This document shows positions 11,172 through 19,675 of a stretch of DNA of 64,000 nt, piece after piece. This stretch comes from Rhodospirillales bacterium (lineage in GTDB: Bacteria; Pseudomonadota; Alphaproteobacteria; Bin95): positions 1,664,894 through 1,728,893 of the forward strand of contig JAYQLI010000035.1 of the NCBI GenBank assembly GCA_038143065.1. The letters run 5' to 3'. Both the position numbers and the translations under genes were made by a program. Every line of letters starts with the position of its first letter. Within the stretch, counting starts at the first letter, position 1. The notes beneath the pieces were generated by a model, which worked only from the letters and a program-made list of their open reading frames with translations, was not told the origin of the DNA and did no database searches.

Positions 11172-12007
11172 TTACGCAGACCAGCGCATGCTGACTGCAT
11201 CACTTAATCCGTCCCCAATCAGCATCGCACCGGGGGGTGTGTGATGCAAATAGGTGGACGGGCATTTTGCAGGACGAGCTGAGGAGTAACCCCGCAAGCC
11301 CAAAAAACAGGTACTTCACCTTCTCGAATTTCAACCGCATCACCCCAATCAGGTGCCATCACATCATTGATACCAATGGCACTTGGATCGCCAATGTGCA
11401 GTGGGGCTCCATGAGCAGCCTTGAAGCGTGATGTAATTTCAATAGCCTTCAATGCGTCTGATGGTTTCATAGGGCGCATTGAACATACTGTATTGCCAGT
11501 GAATGCGCCAACTGGCCGACATGGGATATTGGTAGCGTACATTGGGACAGTTGCCCCTGTCTCGATATGCCTGAGGCCAATGCCGGCTTTCATAAGGGCA
11601 TCCTCAAAACTAAAGGAACAGCCAAGCACAAATCCTACATAATCATCCTGCCAAAGGGCACTAATATCAGACACTGTCTCCGATAATTCACCATCTCTAT
11701 AAACATTGTAGCTTGGTGCATCCGTGCGAATATCAACATCATCACCCATGTCGGGAAGCATGGGATCACCAGGGGCAGTCATTGCCACTACAGGGCAGGG
11801 CTTTGGGTTTCGATGGCAGAAAATTGCAAATTCAAGGGCCAAATCCTTAGGCAAAACTGCCAAGTTTCCTTGCAGGCGGCCAAGTGCCATCCCAGCAGTA
11901 TGACTAGTATGGATCCCCGCACGGATCAGACGCCGTGCCGCTACAGGCGAAACGCTTGGGTCCTCTGCGCTGTGCTGCGACAATTGAATTGGCTTGGCGA
12001 CGCTCAT
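11172..12007 (-). CDS. DUF1445 / D-glutamate cyclase-like putative hydro-lyase, frameshifted near 11235
   Basis: FCHRNPKPCP, DIRTDAPSY, GCSFSFE, FWACGVTPQ. Restoring one base in the C-run gives ITHxPGAMLIGD...WSA with TAA at 11172. Confidence 0.88.
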
Positions 12008-12110
12008 ATCGCTCCCTTATGCTATCTGCTTCGGAGTTAGAACGGATATTGCCGCGTACTCCAAAACAGTGCAACAGAAGCAACAACTTTTCTCACCGTG
12101 GAGATTAAAA

Positions 12111-13016
12111 ATGGGCGAGGCTATAGGTTTTATCGGCGTTGGCGCTATGGGTGGCCCCATGTGCAAACGCCTAATTGGTGCAGGTTATGAGGTAACTGCC
12201 TTCGACCCAAACTCTTCTGCTCTAGATGTGATTGTCGCGGCCGGCGCAAAGCGGGCGGGGAGCACAAGAGAGCTAGCTGACAGTGTGGAGGTTATCTTTG
12301 TAAGCCTTCCAACACCTCCAATCGTCAAGGCGGTAGCGGAGGAAGCTATGCAAGGCTCAAAATTGAAGCTTCTAATCGATCTATCGACAACTGGTCCTCG
12401 CGCCGCTCAAGACATTGGTGAGATGCTTAACTCAAACGGCGTGGAAATGCTGGACAGCCCCGTCTCTGGTGGGGTTGGAGGAGCTGAGAAAGGCACTCTA
12501 GCTGTAATGGTCTCTGGCCCGGAAGCTCACTGGGGAAAATGGAAACCTGCACTGCAAGCAATTGGCCACAATGCCTTCTTTGTCGGCGAAACGCAGGGGC
12601 ACGGTCAAATGATGAAATTGATCAACAACCTCCTGTCAGCTACAGCCATGGTCGCGAGCGCCGAGGCCTTTGCTCTCGGCGCAAAAGCAGGCCTGGATCC
12701 TGACGTAATGGTAAATGTAATTAATGCGGGTTCGGGCGCTAACACTGCCGTCCGAGATAAGTTTCCAAAGTCAGTTCTGACTAGAACCTTCGACTATGGA
12801 TTTCGAACAGAGCTTATGTACAAGGACGTCAAACTCTGTCTTGAAGAAGCTGAAGCAATGGGAACGCCGATGTGGGTTGGTCAACCCGTTAAGCAGTGGT
12901 GGTCCCTTGCTCTGGCGCGCGGTGGTGTTACAGAAGATTTTTCCAACATCATGCGATACGTTGAAGAGCAGGCAGGCGTAGAGGTTCGTACGCGCAAGAA
13001 CCATCCAAAACCCTGA
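12111..13016 (+). CDS. NAD(P)-dependent beta-hydroxyacid dehydrogenase (3-hydroxyisobutyrate dehydrogenase family)
   Basis: IGFIGVGAMG, DSPVSGG, KLINN, KDVKL. ATG 12111 follows a GGAG. Confidence 0.92.
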   Translation: MGEAIGFIGVGAMGGPMCKRLIGAGYEVTAFDPNSSALDVIVAAGAKRAGSTRELADSVEVIFVSLPTPPIVKAVAEEAMQGSKLKLLIDLSTTGPRAAQDIGEMLNSNGVEMLDSPVSGGVGGAEKGTLAVMVSGPEAHWGKWKPALQAIGHNAFFVGETQGHGQMMKLINNLLSATAMVASAEAFALGAKAGLDPDVMVNVINAGSGANTAVRDKFPKSVLTRTFDYGFRTELMYKDVKLCLEEAEAMGTPMWVGQPVKQWWSLALARGGVTEDFSNIMRYVEEQAGVEVRTRKNHPKP

Positions 13017-13156
13017 ACCTAATTTTAAAACGCCCCACTGTCCTCTTCGATGCCAAATACATCACAATTGGATCAGCGGAGCTCTTTAAACTGTAACTGG
13101 AAAATACAGCGTCGCTGGCTTCGTGATGCTGAAATCTTAAAACTTGGAGACCCAAA

Positions 13157-13471
13157 ATGATTGTTGACGTGCGCTGCTACAGCATAACACCACGTAAGAT
13201 GAAAACTTACCTTGAGACCTTCGAAAAGTATGCATTGCCCGTTCAGGAAAGAGCAGGAATGAACTTGCTAGGCTATTTTGTTCATAGCGTCGGAAGCCTC
13301 AATAAAGTTACGCACCTATGGGGCTTCAACAGCCTGGCACATATGGAAGCAGTGAGAGCAAAACGTGACGCCGACCCTGCATGGGCCGAATATCTTGGAA
13401 AAACAGAGGGAATGGTGCAGGCGCAGGAAAACAGCATAACTACTCCAGCACCCTTCTCGCCTATTAAGTAA
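13157..13471 (+). CDS. NIPSNAP family protein
   Basis: 104 aa. DVRCYSITP, GSLNKVTHLWGF, DPAW and PAPFSP match the NIPSNAP pattern. Confidence 0.88.
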   Translation: MIVDVRCYSITPRKMKTYLETFEKYALPVQERAGMNLLGYFVHSVGSLNKVTHLWGFNSLAHMEAVRAKRDADPAWAEYLGKTEGMVQAQENSITTPAPFSPIK

Positions 13472-13555
13472 GCTGAGGGCCTCCACTCAAGACTTACTTG
13501 AACTCGGTAACGGGGATGCCTTCCAGTTACCATATGACTAGGAAGGCTACCTCCC

Positions 13556-14841
13556 CTGCCTCGCATTACTGAAAAAACTGCACCTCCAGGCGTTCCGTTC
13601 AATCTACCTTTCTATTACGGATGGGCCATCGTAGCGTGCGCCTTTGCAACAATGGCGGTCGGCGTAAATGCGCGCACGGCTTTCTCCCTTTTATATCCAG
13701 CTATCTTGGCGGAATTTAATTGGGCTCGCGGAGAAACAGCCGGAGCTTTCGCCTTAGGTTTTATTTTCGCTGCCGCAATGGGGCCCTTTACGGGCGCACT
13801 ACTGACACGCTTTGGGCCGCGCGTCGTCATGCCTCTTGGGTCAGTGATGATGGCGGCAGGCATCGCTTCAACGACGTGGATCTCTCAACCCTGGATGCTG
13901 TATCCAAGCTTTGGAATGCTGGTTGTCGGCGGCAGCACCATTCTGGGTTATATCGGCGACAGCGCTACACTGCCGCTGTGGTTTCAGAAAAGACGCGGCC
14001 TTGCCGTAGGAATAGCTTTTGCTGGTGTTGGCGTTGGCGCAATGGTCGTGCTGCCATTAACTTCTTGGATCATTCAGGGAAGTGGATGGCGAGATGCGTG
14101 CTGGGCCATTGCAGCTATAATTATTTTCTCTTAATTCCCCTCAACCTAATCGTACAGCGCCGAAGTCCCGAAGACCTGGGTCTCTTGCCAGATGGAGCAA
14201 ACTCGGAAGCAGTTAAACAAGGGGAAAAACCGAAACCATCCCCAGCGGGCCCTTCACTGCGCGACGCTCTCAAAATGCGAACATTTTGGTTCTTCGCCGC
14301 ATCGACCTTTGGAATGCTTTGGTGCTGGTATGCAGTCCAAGTACACCAAACGCAGTACCTTTTGGATAAAGGTTTTGATCCAGCAATTGCAACCTTGGCA
14401 CTCTCCCTTGTCAGTGTCTTTGGCGTAGCGGGCCAAATCAATGGCGGTTGGATGTCAGACAAATTAGGACGTGAAGGCGCGTGGACTATCGGCTTGCTAG
14501 GGTTTGCAGGCTGCTATGCCGCTTTATTTCTGATGAGCTCAAATACCTCCCCTCTAATTCTGTGGGGAATGGTAATCATGCAGGGCTTAATTGGTTATGG
14601 AGTGACCGCTATCTTTGCCAGCGCTCCAGCTGATGTCTTTCAGGGCAGGAGTTTCTCAACAATCTTTGGAACATTGAGTATTTTCTCATCCCTTGGCGGG
14701 GGAATTGGTCCTTACGTAACCGGTTTAATTTATGACCTAGATGGCGACTACTCTCGCGCATTCCTGATTTGCATTGGGTGGTGCGCCGTAAGCATCCTTA
14801 CAATGTGGCTCGCCGCACCAAGACGGTACAGACGCCGCTAG
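13556..14841 (+). CDS. MFS transporter (OFA/monocarboxylate-like), frameshifted at T-run ~14124-14127
   Basis: FYYGWAIV upstream of 13652 in the same frame, RFGPR, WFQKRRGLAVGIAFAGVG, then PEDLGLLPDG and SDKLGRE in ORF 13720..14841. The start (CTG 13556) is uncertain. Confidence 0.85.
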
Positions 14842-14846
14842 TACCT

Positions 14847-16043
14847 CTAAATCCCCGAGAGGCTTTTAATGGCATCAGCGCCGTAACCAAGGCCAGATAG
14901 AATTTCTTCATTATGTTGACCGGGTTGAGGTGGCGGTGAAGTTAAGCGGCCACCACCATGCTCAAGTCGAAAACCCGTACTCGCTAACGTCATTGGACCA
15001 AAACGCGTTTCAACAGTTTGCAGTATGTCACGATGCTGAAGCTGAGGATGTTTAACAATCTCATCGATCGTCCAAATCGATGCGCATGGCGCACCCCCAT
15101 CTGTTAAACGCTTTTCCCACCCGACAGCATCATCACGAGCTAGAACGGTTTCGATCTCCATCCTGAGAGCCTGCTCATTTGAAAGTCGATCATCCCAAGT
15201 CTTGAAGCGGGGATCCTCGTTGAGACGCTCTAATCCAAGTGTCTTTAATAGCGCTTCATATTGTCGGTCATTATTGACTGCAAGAAGCAACCAACCATGC
15301 TTTACGCGAAACAAGTTGGCTGTTGGACGACGGCTAACTGCCTGATTTCCCATTTGGCGCTGTTTGTGGCCAGCGACCGTATATTCCGCAACCGCTGGCG
15401 AAAGAAAAGCTAATGTAGCATCCAGCATTGCCACATCCACCATCTGACCTTTTCCAGTATGCGTACGCTGATAAAGAGCACTAGCTACTGCAAAAGCTGC
15501 CGTCATTCCGCCAATAGCATCACACACGGCAAAGCCTGCCCGCGTCGGCCCCATTTCCTCGTGGCCGGTCAAAGACATTATGCCACTCATTGCCTGGATC
15601 TTACCGTCATATGCGGCCGTCTGACTGTCAGGGCCGTTATGGCCAAAGCCGGAAACGGCGCAGTAGATAATCTTCGGATTGATTTGCTTAAGGGCATCAT
15701 AGCCCAAACCCAAACGATCCATCACGCCAGGTCTAAAATTCTCCATGACTACATCAGTTTCAGCAATAAGTTTTTGGCAAACCTCAATGGCTGTTGGATT
15801 TTTTAGATCGAGGGTCAAATTTCTTTTATTGGCATTAACGCAGGCCCACATCGGAGCCATACCCCTCTCCGCCCAATCCGGCGCAGGGGGCGAGAAACGC
15901 ATATCTTCACCGCCAGGTTTCTCGACTTTAATTACATCTGCACCCAGCAATGCAAGCTGATAACTTCCAAAGGGACCAGCAAATACTTGAGTGAAGTCTA
16001 GTATCTTGATCCCATCAAAGGGACGAGCACCTGGCGCCGTCAT
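14847..16043 (-). CDS. Class III CoA-transferase (CaiB/BaiF family)
   Basis: LDFTQVFAGP, GADVIKVE, NANKRNL, ENFRPG, catalytic Asp in VCDAIGG, C-terminal PPQPGQHNEEIL. Confidence 0.95.
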   Translation of the reverse strand: MTAPGARPFDGIKILDFTQVFAGPFGSYQLALLGADVIKVEKPGGEDMRFSPPAPDWAERGMAPMWACVNANKRNLTLDLKNPTAIEVCQKLIAETDVVMENFRPGVMDRLGLGYDALKQINPKIIYCAVSGFGHNGPDSQTAAYDGKIQAMSGIMSLTGHEEMGPTRAGFAVCDAIGGMTAAFAVASALYQRTHTGKGQMVDVAMLDATLAFLSPAVAEYTVAGHKQRQMGNQAVSRRPTANLFRVKHGWLLLAVNNDRQYEALLKTLGLERLNEDPRFKTWDDRLSNEQALRMEIETVLARDDAVGWEKRLTDGGAPCASIWTIDEIVKHPQLQHRDILQTVETRFGPMTLASTGFRLEHGGGRLTSPPPQPGQHNEEILSGLGYGADAIKSLSGI

Positions 16044-16972
16044 GCAGCATCTCCTTCACGTTTTGCTTTTGCTATTTCCTTTCCCCTATCAAACTCCGCT
16101 TTCAAACGAATGATTTCCTTAGGAGAAAGCTTCTCCACGTTAGAATAATCCTCCTTCCAAGTAGGATTTTCAGACCAACGAATAGGGTTCTGCCAAGTGG
16201 TCATAGGACCAGGTGCATTAGCCAAAAGGTCGAGTGCATAACCAAGGGTTAAATACTGACTTTCCTGATCGTGCGGCCGTCCACTGGGGTTCCCGAGTGG
16301 AAAATCACTGAACAGAAAACGGGGAGCCCCAACGTATTCAACAATATCTTTCGCACAGCCCATAATGACTGTTGGTATTCCTGCTTGCTCTAAAGCTCGT
16401 GCAATCAGACACACGGTCTGATGGCAAACGGGTCAATTAGCAGCTAAGACGGCAACATCCGCCTTATCTTCTTGCGTCCGTCTAACGATTTCTTGGGCAT
16501 CTACCTCGATGGTAACACGGTGACTTCTGTTGGTCGGAGCTCCATGGAACCGAGGTGCCACCTCGCCAATGCGTCCCTCTTCTGCCATTCGCCTCAACAT
16601 AGGCAGCGGGAACCAAACTCCTGGGTCTTCCTGGCTGGTGTGTTTCCGATCTATACCGATGTGAGAAATTCTTAGATCGTGGTCTTCATCACTAGCGCCA
16701 GAGTAGACTTCATAGAATTTAGCCTTTGAGTTGTATGCACTCCACGGGCCCTGATCTCCAGCCTCGGGATTGTAAGGAGCGGCCGTTGTCACCAAAGTAA
16801 CGCGGCTTTCCTGCAAAGGCTTCTTTAGAGGAGAGAACGGGGCATCAGCATAGTGACCCCACTCATAAGGCTTCCCATAACCAAGAGTTACATAGTAGTC
16901 GCGGATCCGTTGCAAGTATCGGATCGGCTGGTCATCAGCTAGCGCAAAGCCGTAAGGGTTGTCATCAGACAT
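16040..16972 (-). CDS. PrdB/GrdB-family (glycine/proline reductase component B-like) selenoprotein, Sec at UGA 16433-16435, 310 aa, U180
   Basis: ORFs 16433..17188 and 16040..16414 are one frame joined across a single TGA: ADVAVLAAN-U-PVCHQTVCLIARALEQAGIPTV...FPLGNPSGRPHD. This is the UxxC motif of PrdB/GrdB. ATG 16972 has a strong GAGGAGG RBS. Confidence 0.85.
16400..16435 (-). promoter_or_regulatory. Bacterial SECIS-like hairpin downstream of the in-frame UGA
   Basis: mRNA: UGA CCCGUU UGC C AUCAGAC [CGUGU] GUCUGAU U GCA. There is a perfect 7-bp upper stem plus a 3-bp lower stem. The loop begins after 17 nt and has G-U at loop positions 2-3. Confidence 0.75.
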
Positions 16973-17084
16973 TCCAACCTCCTCTCTTTTCATTTGAGAC
17001 CCTACAGCATGTAAAAGTAACTGGAAAAGTGTTTGCTGCTGTGCTTCGATTAAATTTATAACCTCAAAACTGGAGGAAAAGGCC

Positions 17085-17939
17085 ATGACATATCGGCATA
17101 TCGAAGCAACTCCGATCTCAGGTGCGCTCGGCGCTCTAATCACTCGCGCTGATCTCTCCCAACTAAATGACGATGTATTCCAGGACATTCATCAGGCATT
17201 TCTGGAATACCAGGTCATATTTTTTCGTGACCAAGATATCACGCCTGAGCAGCAAATTGACTTGGCACGACGCTTTGGGGAAATCCATCACCACCCCTAC
17301 ATGAAGGGTATGGACGAGTACCCTGACATCTTGGAAATCCTGAAGGAGCCAGGTGACAGTTATACCTTTGGAGCCGCTTGGCACTCAGACCAAATGTTCA
17401 ATCCTTCCCCCGCAAAAGCCACCATGCTTTATGCCAAGGAAACACCCTCAGTTGGCGGGGATACTATGTTCTCGAGCATGTACAAAGCCTATGACGGCCT
17501 GTCGGACGCAATGCGCGATATGCTTAAAACGGTTAAAACGTTCAACGTAGGCGATCGATTTAAAAACATGGGCGGAGGCGCCCGATCAGAGCGTTATGCA
17601 GGCAATCCAAAAATGGCGAATAAGGTTCGCGATCCTGGCAATCTGATTACGGAGTCTCATCACCCACTTTTTAGGACCCATCCCGAAACAGGACGTAAAG
17701 CTCTCTACATAGGCAGTCACACGCAAGGTCTAGAGGGAATGCGGAGTGAAGAAGCAGACCCTATCGTTGACTACCTTAGAACGCATTCAATTAGGCCAGA
17801 GTACTTATGTCGTTTCCAATGGAAACCCGGTTCTTTGGCGCTTTGGGACAATAGGTGCGTCCAACATTACGCGGTTCCCGACTACAATGAACGTCGGCGG
17901 ATGCACAGGATTACTATTGCAGGTGACGTACCAGTCTAG
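17085..17939 (+). CDS. TauD/TfdA family Fe(II)/2-oxoglutarate dioxygenase
   Basis: IFFRDQ, WHSD (HxD), GGDTMF, HPETGRKALY, WDNRCVQH, RMHRITI. Confidence 0.95.
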   Translation: MTYRHIEATPISGALGALITRADLSQLNDDVFQDIHQAFLEYQVIFFRDQDITPEQQIDLARRFGEIHHHPYMKGMDEYPDILEILKEPGDSYTFGAAWHSDQMFNPSPAKATMLYAKETPSVGGDTMFSSMYKAYDGLSDAMRDMLKTVKTFNVGDRFKNMGGGARSERYAGNPKMANKVRDPGNLITESHHPLFRTHPETGRKALYIGSHTQGLEGMRSEEADPIVDYLRTHSIRPEYLCRFQWKPGSLALWDNRCVQHYAVPDYNERRRMHRITIAGDVPV

Positions 17940-17944
17940 GGCTT

Positions 17945-19675
17945 TTAATTTCCTCTGAGAGCAGCCGTAGCTTTTGCATCTATTTTGCCATCAACATCTA
18001 CAACGACTTTGTAGTGGTCTAGCGCAGCCTCAACGGTAACTAGACCATTGGCTACGTCTCGAGATATAGCGGTGAGGTCACGAGCAGTTGCCTCACCAAG
18101 GCCTCCACCGCCAGGCATCTGCAGAACAAGTCGTTCGCCACTTGGAACAGTCTGTCGTCCCTTACCTTTCAGCACCTGCCCAGATTGCAAACCTATCGTG
18201 CCCACCGCTCCTGAGCCGCCACCATCCCTACCTCTTGGTGGATGAATCACCCGATCAAACATGCTGGAAATGGCAAAAGGCGCACCTTGCGCGTGCTCTA
18301 TTTCCATTATCTGACCAACTCCACCGCGATACTGGCCAGCTCCGCCTGAGTCTGGACGGTATTCCTTCTTCCAGAAAACCAAGGGGGCAATGGTCTCATT
18401 GACCTCTACAGGCGTATTACGCACACCAGACGGAAAGGCAGTTGCATCTAGGCCATCCTTTTCTGGCCTAGCCCCAGCTCCACCCGTATGAAAAACATTC
18501 ATCGCAAAAGGGCGGGCTTGGCCATAATCTCCATCAACAACACCGTGCCCCCCCATAAGAACAGGGTTCCAAAGACACGAAGTGCCCTCCGCAGGGCTCC
18601 TTTCTGGCGCTATCTGATGCAAACACCCCAATACAACATCCGGCAACATCTGCCCTGTCACATGACGGGCGGTAACAGCTGCGGGGTGAGGCGCATTCAA
18701 TATACATCCAGAGGGCGCCGTTATCTTTACTGCCTCCAGAGACCCCGCATTGTTAGGCACGCGGTTACCCACAACACAACGGACACCAAAGCTTGCATAG
18801 GCCTCAGTGTAGGTCATTGGCACGTTAATCCCATAGCCAGAGACAGGTGAAGTGCCGCTAAAATCTACCTCTATCGTATCATCTGTGATCGTCATTGTGG
18901 CAACGATATCAACATGTTTTTCGTAGCCATCTATACGCATAGAATTTTTGTAAACGCCTTTTGGCAACTTTGCGATTTCGTCCGCCATTCCCTTTCGGCT
19001 TGAAGTGATAATGTGTTCAGCGAGAGGCTCAATCGAGGCCATCTCAAACTCATCCATCATCGCAACTAGCCTGCGCGAGCCAACATCATTGCAGGCAACT
19101 AATGAGTAAAGATCTCCCTCGACTTCGACAGGATTTCTATTGTTGGCGGCTATAATATCGAGGACCGTGCGGTTCATACGACCACCCTCAGCCAGCCTCA
19201 TAATTGGGATGTTGATACCCTCTTCATAAACTTGTCGACCATCAGCACCAAAACCCCTGCCACCAATGTCTGCAACGTGCGTAGTACAGGCAAAGAGCGC
19301 CACAATTTCACCATTACGCCATGTGGGGGTTACGACTGTAAAATCATTCAGGTGCCCTGTGCCCAACCAAGGGTCATTGGTAAGGAAAACGTCACCTTCT
19401 GACATCGTCTCCAGAGGAAATTTTTCTATGAAGTGACGGACCGAAGCGGCCATAGCATTCACATGACCAGGCGTACCCGTGACAGCCTGAGCTAACATCC
19501 GCCCGCTCGGATCATAAACCCCAGCAGAGATGTCACCCGCTTCACGTGCGGAAGTTGAGAAAGCTGTTCGAATTAGCGTCTGCGCCTGTTCTTCAACAAC
19601 TGATAGAAGGCGGTTCCATTGGATCTGCATTCCAATACGGTCAAGAACATTAGTTTTAGAGTGAGAACCTGACAT
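17945..19675 (-). CDS. Hydantoinase B / 5-oxoprolinase subunit (HyuB family)
   Basis: RTAFSTSAREAGD, NDPWLGTGHLND, HVADIGG, PDSGGAGQYRGG, PGGGGLG. Confidence 0.95.
   Translation of the reverse strand: MSGSHSKTNVLDRIGMQIQWNRLLSVVEEQAQTLIRTAFSTSAREAGDISAGVYDPSGRMLAQAVTGTPGHVNAMAASVRHFIEKFPLETMSEGDVFLTNDPWLGTGHLNDFTVVTPTWRNGEIVALFACTTHVADIGGRGFGADGRQVYEEGINIPIMRLAEGGRMNRTVLDIIAANNRNPVEVEGDLYSLVACNDVGSRRLVAMMDEFEMASIEPLAEHIITSSRKGMADEIAKLPKGVYKNSMRIDGYEKHVDIVATMTITDDTIEVDFSGTSPVSGYGINVPMTYTEAYASFGVRCVVGNRVPNNAGSLEAVKITAPSGCILNAPHPAAVTARHVTGQMLPDVVLGCLHQIAPERSPAEGTSCLWNPVLMGGHGVVDGDYGQARPFAMNVFHTGGAGARPEKDGLDATAFPSGVRNTPVEVNETIAPLVFWKKEYRPDSGGAGQYRGGVGQIMEIEHAQGAPFAISSMFDRVIHPPRGRDGGGSGAVGTIGLQSGQVLKGKGRQTVPSGERLVLQMPGGGGLGEATARDLTAISRDVANGLVTVEAALDHYKVVVDVDGKIDAKATAALRGN

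Noticed and set aside
16973-17188. 72-aa N-terminal extension of the selenoprotein ORF given in the ORF track
   Set aside because: It overlaps the divergent TauD gene and intergenic gap. ATG 16972 has a strong RBS and is the more plausible start.
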